From Eledone cirrhosa (taxonomy: Eukaryota): a stretch of DNA of 64,000 bases. The notes beneath the pieces are model-generated. The model saw only the letters and a list, made by a program, of their open reading frames with translations. It was not told where the DNA came from and searched no databases. Positions 29,567 through 43,470 of this stretch are shown piece by piece (the first letter of the stretch is position 1; the number at the start of each line of letters is the position of its first letter). Position numbers and translations under genes: made by a program. Location of the stretch: NCBI GenBank assembly GCA_964016885.1, contig OZ024749.1, positions 15,190,001-15,254,000 on the forward strand, read 5' to 3'.

Positions 29567-29853
29567 CATATATATACATATATATATATACATATACACA
29601 TATATATATATATACATATATATACATATATATATATACATATACACATATATATATATATACATATATATACATATACACATATATATACATATACATA
29701 TATATACATATACACATATATATATATATACATATATATACATATACACATATATATACATATACATATATATACATATACACATATATATATATACATA
29801 TATATATATATACATATATTTATATATACATATACACATATATATACATATAC

Positions 29854-29884
<31 letters not shown>

Positions 29885-30166
29885 CATATATATATACATA
29901 TATATATATATATACATATACATATACACATATATATACATATACACATATATATACATATACATATATATATATATACATATACATATACACATATATA
30001 TACATATACATATATATATACATATATATATATATACATATACATATATATATATATACATATATATCTATACATATATATATATCTATACATATATATC
30101 TATACATATATATATATCTATACATATATATATATATCTATACATATATATATATCTATACATATA

Positions 30167-30200
<34 letters not shown>

Positions 30201-30327
30201 CATATATATACATATACATATATATACATATACATATATATACATATACATATACATATATATACATATACATATACATATATATACATATACATATATA
30301 CATATATATATACATATATATATATAT

Positions 30328-30936
30328 GGTGGCTGCCAACTCGTTTTCGAGTACGGCCACTACATTATATCCATGTAGGAGAACCCCTACCGATGCGCTG
30401 AACGAGTGTGACTTTTCAGTCCAGCCAGCGATTTGAAAACTCTAGTACAAACACTACACCTGTGACAATGATTGACACACAGTGCTGGGCCCATGGTACC
30501 ATGTGACGACAAGTGCAGAGAGATCTCCAGATATAAAGCAATGCCTGTGCCGTGAAGCTTTTATAGTGAGCAAAGGCACTGCACAAAGCCAGTCCCACTC
30601 TCTTAACCAAGATGATATTTACCAAAAAGAAGAACGAGTCAACATCATTGGATACCATCAGGGTTGCAGGTGTTATATCAGAGTTTTCCTTCTCCTAGAA
30701 TTCTGCCTTGACAAAGGCTAATGGGTCATCTCTCCCGGTGATTTTGGATGGCCATTGACTCTTAAGAGCTCCTTTGCCCTTTGACAGGTCTTGCTTTTAG
30801 TCCTGCAGATGTCCAAAGTCACCCTCCTCACCAAGAAACCTTGGTGGGGTTGCCAGTTTAGTCGCCAACGACCCGACCATGAGACAGGTTGTACTGGGAT
30901 ACATGTTACCAGTAGCACCAAGTGGTGCCCTGACGT
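30328..30936 (-). mobile_element. Interspersed repeat family C, longer copy
   Basis: Matches 8212-8616 and, more distantly, 61067-61590; inserted in a (TA/TACA)n array. Confidence 0.75.
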
Positions 30937-31023
30937 AATACATATATATATATATATACATATATATATACATATATATATACATATATATATACATACA
31001 TATATATATACATATATATATAC

Positions 31024-31106
<83 letters not shown>

Positions 31107-31191
31107 CATATATACATATATATATATACATATATATATATACATATATACATATATATATATACATATATACATATATATATACATATAC

Positions 31192-31388
<197 letters not shown>

Positions 31389-31411
31389 CATATATATATA
31401 CATATATATAT

Positions 31412-31530
31412 GAAGGCGTGTAGCTGAGTGGTTAGAGAATTGGATTCACAATGTTAAGGTTGTGAGTTCGATTCCTGGACCAGGCGATGCGTTATGTCCT
31501 TGGGCAAGACACTTTATTTCACGTTGCTCC
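31412..31530 (+). mobile_element. Diverged CORE-like SINE head related to family A
   Basis: TAGCTGAGTGG A box, GAGTTCGATTCC B box, CCTTGGGCAAGACACTTTATTTCAC. Confidence 0.7.
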
Positions 31531-31709
31531 TTCTACCTGGAGTTGCGACCGATAGATAGTACTAGCAACTGGAAAGACCAACGGAAACATTGTTTCCTCG
31601 GTCCGATTTGACGAAAGTCGATCGATAGGAAAAATATATATATATATACATATATACATATATATACATATATACATATATATACATATATACATATATA
31701 CATATATAC

Positions 31710-31884
<175 letters not shown>

Positions 31885-31991
31885 CATATATATATATACA
31901 TATATATATATACATATATATATACATATATATATACATATATATATACATATATATATACATATATATATATATATACATATATATATAC

Positions 31992-32022
<31 letters not shown>

Positions 32023-32083
32023 AACATATATATATATATACATATATATATATACATATATATATATATACATATATACATAC

Positions 32084-32132
<49 letters not shown>

Positions 32133-32216
32133 TATATACATATACATATATAACATATATATATATATACATATATATATACATATACATATATATATAT
32201 ATATACATATATATAC

Positions 32217-32248
<32 letters not shown>

Positions 32249-32268
32249 ATATATATACATATATATAC

Positions 32269-32321
<53 letters not shown>

Positions 32322-32367
32322 CATATATACATATATATATATATATACATATATATATACATATACA

Positions 32368-32401
<34 letters not shown>

Positions 32402-32420
32402 CATATATATATACATATAC

Positions 32421-32610
<190 letters not shown>

Positions 32611-32723
32611 GTATATATATATGTATATATATATATATGTATATATATATGTATGTATATATATATGTATATATATATATGTATATATATATATATGTAT
32701 ATATATATATGTATATATATATG

Positions 32724-32756
<33 letters not shown>

Positions 32757-32769
32757 GTATATATATATG

Positions 32770-32820
<51 letters not shown>

Positions 32821-32861
32821 GTATATATGTATATATATATATACTCTCTACCGATACTGCC

Positions 32862-35800
32862 AATTAATAACAGAACACACTCACTGTTTGGTTGGTTTTC
32901 GCTTCTCGCTGTCTTTTATTATATCTGCGATCTAACTTACTCGGTCCTCAATGTTGCCATTGACTGACCGGCGGTCAAAAATAATACAGATACAATATAG
33001 ACACAAACACATATATATAGTTTACATAATTTACATAAATCTTTCGTTGCACATCTGCAACATCGTCAGTGGTGTTATATTCATTGTTCCTCCTGTTGTG
33101 TTGTATGTCTACGCCATTTTTTTTTGTTCAGTCTGTCTATATATTTATTTATTTATTTGCTTGTTTGTTTATCTTATTTTATTTTGTCTTCTTTGCGCAT
33201 GCGTTTGCGTGTGTGTATAGTGTTATGTGTGATGTGTGACTAGTGTGTATAGTGTTGTGTCTGCTGGGTGACTAGTGTGTGTTTATGTGCTTGTGTATGT
33301 ATTTATTTATCTTATTTTATTTAATTTTATTTACTTATTTATACTTCTCTTAGGTCAGTGTTGTTTGTTTGGGTGTTGTTGTTGTTCCACTCATTCTTTC
33401 TGTTTAGCTTTGGTCTTCTAATTTATATTTCACTGGCCTCTCTGATTTGCCTATCTGCTGGGTCATTCCTATGTTTAGATATTATTCTAATTTCTATGTT
33501 GTCTATGTTACCGTCATGTTGTTGTCTAGCATGTTCGTATAGTACTGACCCGTTTTTTCGTCCTTTTAGTTCCCCCCAGTGTTGGTCTATCCTTTCACCT
33601 ATGCTACGAGCTGTCTCACCTATGTATGTTGTTGTCATGTTTCTGCAAGTACCCTCTGTACATCTTATGCTATAGACTACGTTTCTAGTTTTACAGTTTA
33701 TCCGGGGGTTCACCTTACATATGATACATTTCCTATTGGTACAGTGGGTTTTCTTAAAAGGGTAGGTTTTGCTGATCAGGGATTTTATGGTGGTTCCTGG
33801 CTTTTCTACCACCTTTATTTTTAAGTGGGTCTTTCTCAGGGCCTTTCTACACTGGTTAGCTAATTTCCCTCCAGGGGTGGCGTCCACAAACATGACACTC
33901 TGATATCTCTGGTTGTCGTACCATGATGTGGCCTTCCCTATCTTATGTCTAGCCCTATCTAAGCTATTCCATGATTTGCTCCTGTATAGTGGGCAAATTC
34001 CTTTCATGTCCAGTTCTATGAGGGTCTTATACTTTTCCATGGCTCCTTCGTATACTCTGACTCTGTCTCTTTGGTTGTAGCCAGAGAACTGCATGCGGTT
34101 GATGAAGTGTTGGATGTGTCCTTCCATTTCTGTTGGGTCGCACATGCTGGACACATTCTTCATCACTCGTACCAAATCTGCGATCAGAATATTAAACTTA
34201 GCACTACTGGACATTGCTGAGTTTTTGAGTATCAGGTATTTGGAGGCCATGGGTTTAGCATAGTGTGAGTGGAGAATTTGGGCTCTCTCGTCTATAGTGT
34301 TAATCCAGAGTTCTGTGTCTAATACAGGTAGTCTATTGTTAGGGTGTTTGGAAGGGAAGTCTATAGTTACAGTTATACTCTGGTGTATGGAATTAGCTAT
34401 CTGCTGGATGCTTTCCATCGTGCTACGTTCTAAATCAAACTTGTTAGTGCTCTCTAGTGGGGGTGTTCTTATAACTATATTGATATCGTCTACATAACGA
34501 GAGTACATGATGAGGTCTATGGAGCTTTCATTAAGGAGATCTTTAAGTCTCCTTTCCCACCATACCATGAAAAGGTTGGCAACATCACCAGCTATGCTGA
34601 CGCGGATGGCTGCTCCCTCATTTTGGGTGTAGATTTTCTCATTGAACTTAAATATGTGGCCCTTTAGGGTAGTTTTGATACTAGCCCCTATTGCATGTGC
34701 GACCATTTTTCTTACCTGATCAGTGTTTTGGGGGGTCCGTATAGCTTTGGTCCACCCAATCCACCTTCCTATGGGTGTCTTTTTAGCCATTGAAGTTATG
34801 GTGGGGGGTCTACCTCTTATAGGTCTACTAGGGCAGAAACATCTAAGGTCATGGCTGTCTAGGTAGTCAGTGTCGTAGGTAAGTCTAAGTAGGAGGCCCA
34901 GTTCGTCTGTGTCGACGTCGCAGAACTCCACCTCACTCTCAATGATCATCTCCACACATCTTTTCACAGCAAAATCAATGTTAATGGATGGGTACAGTGA
35001 CACCACATCCATGCTGCCTATTATGCAGTTGGATAGGCTCCTGTTTTTGTTGCACTCACTGATTCACTGATTCTGCTGAGGAGGTCCTCTGTACTTTCAC
35101 TTACATCTGGGGACATCTTGATTATGGGGCGTATAACCATTGAGAGGAAGTAGGAGATCCTGTAGTTGCTAGCTATATTAGCTCCGCATACGGGTCTTGT
35201 TGGTGGTCCTGTTGTCGGGTCGTCGACTGTCTTGAGGTCTTTGCGGAGCCCATACAAGGGTGGTATGCCATTGTTAGACGCCTGGAAGTTGTTGGCAGTG
35301 TGTCTGCTTGGCTTAGAATAATATCTAAACATAGAATAATATCTAAACTTAGAATAATATCTAAATATAGAATAATATCTAAACATAGAATAATATCTAA
35401 ACATAGAATAATATCTAAACATAGAATAATATCTAAACATAGAATAATATCTAAACATAGAATAATATCTAAACATAGAATAATATCTAAACTTAGAATA
35501 ATATCTAAACATAGGAATGACCCAGCAGATAGGCAAATCAGAGAGGCCAGTGAAATAGAAATTAGAAGACCAAAGCTAAACAGAAAGAATGAGTGGAACA
35601 ACAACAACACCCAAACAAACAAGACTGACCTAAGAGAAGTATAAATAAGTAAATAAAATTAATTATAATAAGATAAATAAATACATACACAAGCACATAA
35701 ACACACACTAGTCACCCAGCAGACACAACACTATACACACTAGTCACACATCACACATAACACTATACACACACGCAAACGCATGCGCAAAGAAGACAAA

Positions 35801-36172
35801 ATAAAATAAGATAAACAAACAAGCAAATAAATAAATAAATATATAGACAGACTGAACAAAAAAAAAATGGCGTAGACATACAACACAACAGGAGGAACAA
35901 TGAATATAACACCACTGACGATGTTGCAGATGTGCAACGAAAGATTTATGTAAATTATGTAAACTATATATATGTGTTTGTGTCTATATTGTATCTGTAT
36001 TATTTTTGACCGCCGGTCAGTCAATGGCAACATTGAGGACCGAGTAAGTTAGATCGCAGATATATATATATAAAAGACAGCGAGAAGCGAAAACCAACCA
36101 AACAGTGAGTGTGTTCTGTTATTAATTCTGGCAATATTACGCAAATATGACCCTCCCCAAATATAACAATAT
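32862..36172 (-). mobile_element. Defective copy of the large PLE: 5'-truncated minus-strand body (32862-~35314) plus inverted 3' segment (~35314-36172)
   Basis: Near-identical to 42990-45436; premature TAA at 33423, GAAIG to GAAIR, 8-bp duplication at ~35060; HHRs at 33033-33075 (-) and 35911-35952 (+). Confidence 0.92.
35313..35514 (+). repeat. 11 x 18-bp tandem (TAGAATAATATCTAAACA) at the PLE inversion junction
   Basis: The unit occurs once in the element (codes RIISKH); 11 RIISK repeats in ORF 35300..35644. Confidence 0.95.
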
Positions 36173-36561
36173 TTATTTATATATATATATAAATATATAT
36201 ATAAATATATATCTATATATATATATTTATTTATATATATATATATATATTTATTTATATATATATATAAATATATATATAAATATATATCTATATATAT
36301 ATTATTTATTATATATATATATAAATAAATATATATATATATATTTATTTATATATATATATATATATTTATTTATATATATATATAAATAAATATATAT
36401 ATATATTTATTTATATATATATATAAATATATATATAAATATATATCTATATATATATATTTATTTATATATATATATATATATTTATTTATATATATAT
36501 ATAAATATATATATAAATATATATCTATATATATATATTTATTTATATATATATATAAATA

Positions 36562-36598
<37 letters not shown>

Positions 36599-37170
36599 AT
36601 ATTTATTTATATATATATAAATAAATATATATATATATATTTATTTATATATATATATATATTTATTTATATATATATATAAATAAATATATATATATAT
36701 ATTTATTTATATATATATATATATTTATTTATTTATATATATATATAAATATATATATAAATATATATCTATATATATATTTATTTATTTATATATATAT
36801 AAATATATATCTATATATATATATTTATTTATTTATATATATATATAAATATATATATAAATATATATCTATATATATATATTTATTTATATATATATAT
36901 AAATATATATATAAATATATATCAATATATATATATTTATTTATATATATATAAATATATATATAAATATATATATATATAAATATATATATATATTTAT
37001 TTATATATAAATATGTATATATATAAATATATATATATAAATATATATATATATTTATTTATATATATATAAATATATTTATAAATATATATATATATAT
37101 ATATTTATTTATATATAAATATATTTATAAATATATATATATATATATATAAATATATAAATATATATTT

Positions 37171-37204
<34 letters not shown>

Positions 37205-37302
37205 AATATCTATATCTATCTATATATATATATATATATATATAAATATATATATAAATATATATATCTATATCTATATATATCTATCTATAAATATATA
37301 TA

Positions 37303-37354
<52 letters not shown>

Positions 37355-37581
37355 TATATATAAATATATATATCTATATAAATTATATATATATATCTAT
37401 ATCTATATCTATATATATTTATATATATATTTATATATATATATAAATAAATATATATATATATAACTAAATATATATATATATATTATTTATATATATA
37501 TAAATAAATATATATATTTATTTATATATATATAAATATATATCTATATATATATATTTATTTATATATATATATAAATAA

Positions 37582-37615
<34 letters not shown>

Positions 37616-38198
37616 ATATTTATTTATATATATATAAATAAATATATATATATATATTTATTTATATATATATATATATATATTTATTTATATATATATA
37701 TAAATAAATATATATATATATATTTATTTATATATATATATATTTATTTATTTATATATATATATAAATATATATATAAATATATATCTATATATATATA
37801 TTTATTTATTTATATATATATAAATATATATATAAATATATATCTATATATATATATTTATTTATTTATATATATATAAATATATATATAAATATATATC
37901 TATATATATATATTTATTTATATATATATATAAATATATATATAAATATATATCAATATATATATATTTATTTATATATATATAAATATATATATAAATA
38001 TATATATATATAAATATATATATATATTTATTTATATATAAATATATATATATAAATATATATATATAAATATATATATATATTTATTTATATATATATA
38101 AATATATTTATAAATATATATATATATATATATTTATTTATATATAAATATATTTATAAATATATATATATATATATATAAATATATAAATATATATT

Positions 38199-38236
<38 letters not shown>

Positions 38237-38250
38237 AATATCTATATCTA

Positions 38251-38286
<36 letters not shown>

Positions 38287-38340
38287 TATATATAAATATA
38301 TATATCTATATCTATATATATCTATCTATAAATATATATA

Positions 38341-38392
<52 letters not shown>

Positions 38393-38608
38393 TATATATC
38401 TATATAAATTATATATATATATCTATATCTATATCTATATATATTTATATATATATTTATATATATATATAAATAAATATATATATATATAAATAAATAT
38501 ATATATATAAATATATTTATATATATATAAATAAATATATATATTTATTTATATATATATAAATATATATCTATATATATATATTTATTTATATATATAT
38601 ATAAATAA

Positions 38609-38642
<34 letters not shown>

Positions 38643-38866
38643 ATATTTATTTATATATATATAAATAAATATATATATATATATTTATTTATATATATAT
38701 ATATATATATTTATTTATATATATATATAAATAAATATATATATATATAAATAAATATATATATATATATTTATTTATATATATATAAATAAATATATAT
38801 ATTTATTTATATATATATAAATATATATCTATATATATATATTTATTTATATATATATATAAATAA

Positions 38867-38900
<34 letters not shown>

Positions 38901-39469
38901 ATATTTATTTATATATATATAAATAAATATATATATATATATTTATTTATATATATATATATATTTATTTATATATATATATAAATAAATATATATATAT
39001 ATATTTATTTATATATATATATATATTTATTTATATATATATATAAATATATATATAAATATATATCTATATATATATATTTATTTATTTATATATATAT
39101 AAATATATATATAAATATATATCTATATATATATATTTATTTATTTATATATATATATAAATATATATCTATATATATATATTTATTTATATATATATAT
39201 AAATATATATATAAATATATATCAATATATATATATTTATTTATATATATATAAATATATATATAAATATATATATATATAAATATATATATATATTTAT
39301 TTATATATAAATATATATATATATAAATATATATATATAAATATATATATATATTTATTTATATATATATAAATATATTTATAAATATATATATATATAT
39401 ATATTTATTTATATATAAATATATTTATAAATATATATATATATATATATAAATATATAAATATATATT

Positions 39470-39505
<36 letters not shown>

Positions 39506-39521
39506 AATATCTATATCTATC

Positions 39522-39553
<32 letters not shown>

Positions 39554-39607
39554 TATATATAAATATATATATCTATATCTATATATATCTATCTATAAAT
39601 ATATATA

Positions 39608-39653
<46 letters not shown>

Positions 39654-39871
39654 TATATATCTATATAAATTATATATATATATATCTATATCTATATCTA
39701 TATATATTTATATATATATTTATATATATATATAAATAAATATATATATATATAAATAAATATATATATATATATTTATTTATATATATATAAATAAATA
39801 TATATATTTATTTATATATATATAAATATATATCTATATATATATATTTATTTATATATATATATAAATAA

Positions 39872-39905
<34 letters not shown>

Positions 39906-39944
39906 ATATTTATTTATATATATATAAATAAATATATATATATA

Positions 39945-39975
<31 letters not shown>

Positions 39976-40474
39976 TTATTTATATATATATATAAATAAA
40001 TATATATATATATATTTATTTATATATATATATATATTTATTTATTTATATATATAAATATATATATAAATATATATCTATATATATATATTTATTTATT
40101 TATATATATATAAATATATATATAAATATATATCTATATATATATATAAATATATATATAAATATATATCTATATATATATATTTATTTATATATATATA
40201 TAAATATATATATAAATATATATCTATATATATATATTTATTTATATATATATAAATATATATATAAATATATATATATATAAATATATATATATATTTA
40301 TTTATATATAAATATATATATATATAAATATATATATATATAAATATATATATATATTTATTTATATATATATAAATATATTTATAAATATATATATATA
40401 TATATATTTATTTATATATAAATATATTTATAAATATATATATATATATATATATAAATATATAAATATATATT

Positions 40475-40508
<34 letters not shown>

Positions 40509-40518
40509 AATATCTATA

Positions 40519-40556
<38 letters not shown>

Positions 40557-40610
40557 TATATATAAATATATATATCTATATCTATATATATCTATCTATA
40601 AATATATATA

Positions 40611-40662
<52 letters not shown>

Positions 40663-40958
40663 TATATATCTATATAAATTATATATATATATATATCTAT
40701 ATCTATATCTATATATATTTATATATATATTTATATATATATATAAATAAATATATATATATATAAATAAATATATATATATATATTTATTTATATATAT
40801 ATAAATAAATATATATATTTATTTATATATATATAAATATATATATAAATATATATATCTATATATATCTATATATATATAAATTATATATATATATATC
40901 TCTCTCTCTCTATATATATATATATATAAATTATATCTATATATATCTATATATATAT
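36173..40958. repeat. (TA)n-derived array with ~1.0-1.3-kb higher-order repeats
   Basis: Marker TCTATATAAATTATA near 37373, 38399, 39660, 40669; ATCAATAT near 36921, 37952, 39221. Confidence 0.8.
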
Positions 40959-41121
40959 TAAGAAACACACAGATACATGCGGACACACACATATATACAT
41001 GAATGCATCCGCACCCAACTGTGAGTTAAGGGTGCCAACTTCACCGATGTTGCTCAATGAATGACTGGGACAGACCAATTCAGTTTGAACCAGACTGAAC
41101 CAGTATCAGAGTTAAAAATAC

Positions 41122-41433
41122 ATTATGAAGAGAGAAGAAACATTTAGATATAATTAGTAATAAAATGTATCATACCTAAACTGTTCCTAAATTCCTCGAC
41201 TACGTAGTTTCGTGGCATAAACAAAAACAATATATCAAAGATATAGAGTCCTTGCGAGGTCTGCCGACTTATCAAGAGGATACCTCATTTAACTAGTCTC
41301 AAGAACGCGTCTACACGACGTAAGAAAGAATCACAAAAGGCGGAGGGGGAGATAGTCACGCGATATAACGGTCGAGTTTAGGTATGATACATTTTATTAC
41401 TAATTATATCTAAATGTTTCTTCTCTTCATAAT
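41122..41433 (-). mobile_element. Small PLE-type remnant with ~60-bp terminal inverted arms and a decayed hammerhead
   Basis: 41122-41182 pairs with 41375-41433; minus strand UCCUC-UUGAUAA-GUCGGCA...UGCCAC-GAAAC-UACGUA-GUC-GAGGA. Confidence 0.65.
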
Positions 41434-41436
41434 ATA

Positions 41437-41487
<51 letters not shown>

Positions 41488-41491
<4 letters not shown>

Positions 41492-42004
41492 ATAATAATA
41501 AAATTGAAGACTAAAATCCAAAGAGGGCTCGATAAGGAAAATATATATCAAATATATAAGAACCGTAGAGCAAATATTTATTAAAATAACAGATTAAAGT
41601 TTAAGCAAAGAATCGCTGCTTTCACCCTTAACGGGATCTTCTGAAACTAACGAAGTCAATCTGTAAACGCAGAACTGGATATTTCGAAAAACGTTGCAAC
41701 CGGAGGAAGACAGGAAGACGATACTTTGGTTCGTGGTAACGTTCGCTGGCAAAGAACGAGAAAAAACGAATAATACGTCATTTCACCGCTCCGATTAATG
41801 ACATATTATTCGTTTTTTCCCGTTCTTTGCCAGCGAACGTTACCACGAACCAAAGTATCGTCTTCCTGTCTTCCTCCGGTTGCAACGTTTTTTGAAATAT
41901 CCAGTTCTGCGTTTACAGATTGACTTTGTTAGTTTCAGAAGATCCGTTAAGGGTGAAAGCAGCGATTCTTTGCTTAAACTTTAATCTGTTATTTTAATAA
42001 ATAT
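41488..42004. repeat. Fold-back element (~208-bp arms, ~15-nt loop) with a hammerhead-like motif in each arm; copy 1
   Basis: 41574-41781 is the reverse complement of 41797-42004; AGUUU-CAGAAGA-UCC(C)GUUAAGGGU-GAA-AGCA..UGCU-U-AAACU. Confidence 0.85.
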
Positions 42005-42007
42005 ATC

Positions 42008-42063
<56 letters not shown>

Positions 42064-43470
42064 TTTATATATATATATAAATAAATATATATATATATAT
42101 TTATTTATATATATATATATAAATATATATATAAATATATATCTATATATATATATATTTATTTATATATATATATATATATTTATTTATATATATATAT
42201 ATATATAAATATATATCTATATATATATATTTATTTATATCTATATATATATATTTATTTATATATATATATATATAAATATATATATATATATTTATTT
42301 ATATATATATATATATTTATTTATATATATATAAATAAATATATATATATATATTTATTTATATATATATATATATTTATTTATATATATATATAAATAG
42401 ATATATATATATATATTTATTTATATATATATTTATTTATTTATATATATATATAAATATATATATAAATATATATTTATTTATATATATATATATATAT
42501 TTATTTATATATATATAAATAAATATATATATATATATTTATTTATATATATATATATATTTATTTATATATATATATAAATAAATATATATATATATAT
42601 TTATTTATATATATATATATATATTTATTTATCTATATATATATATTTATTTATTTATATATATATATATAAATATATATCTATTTATTTATTTATATAT
42701 ATATATATAAATATATATCTATATATATATATTTATTTATATATATATATAAATATATATATAAATATATATCTATATATATATATTTATTTATATATAT
42801 ATAAATATATATATAAATATATATATATATAAATATATATATATATTTATTTATATATAAATATATATATATATAAATATATATAGCGGCGATGAATTAG
42901 TTTTGCGAGGTTTTTTATATGAAATCGTGTGTCGAAACAGATATTGTTATATTTGGGGAGGGTCATATTTGCGTAATATTGCCAGAATTAATAACAGAAC
43001 ACACTCACTGTTTGGTTGGTTTTCGCTTCTCGCTGTCTTTTATATATATATATCTGCGATCTAACTTACTCGGTCCTCAATGTTGCCATTGACTGACCGG
43101 CGGTCAAAAATAATACAGATACAATATAGACAAACACATATATATATAGTTTACATAAATCTTTCGTTGCACATCTGCAACATCGTCAGTGGTGTTATAT
43201 TCATTGTTCCTCCTGTTGTGTTGTATGTCTACGCCATTTTTTTTTTTTGTTCAGTCTGTCTATATATTTATTTATTTATTTGCTTGTTTGTTTATCTTAT
43301 TTTATTTTGTCTTCTTTGCGCATGCGTTTGCGTGTGTGTATAGTGTTATGTGTGATGTGTGATGTGTGACTAGTGTGTATAGTGTTGTCTGCTGGGTGAC
43401 TAGTGTGTGTTTATGTGCTTGTGTATGTATTTATTTATCTTATTTTATTTAATTTAATTTACTTATTTAT

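Noticed and set aside
35313-35514. CRISPR-like array
   Set aside because: No spacers; contiguous tandem of an element-internal 18-mer in eukaryotic context.
36075-36145. Hairpin ribozyme (AGAAG, GAAAAC, AUAUUAC resemble loops A/B)
   Set aside because: Helices 2 and 3 cannot be formed with the required spacing.
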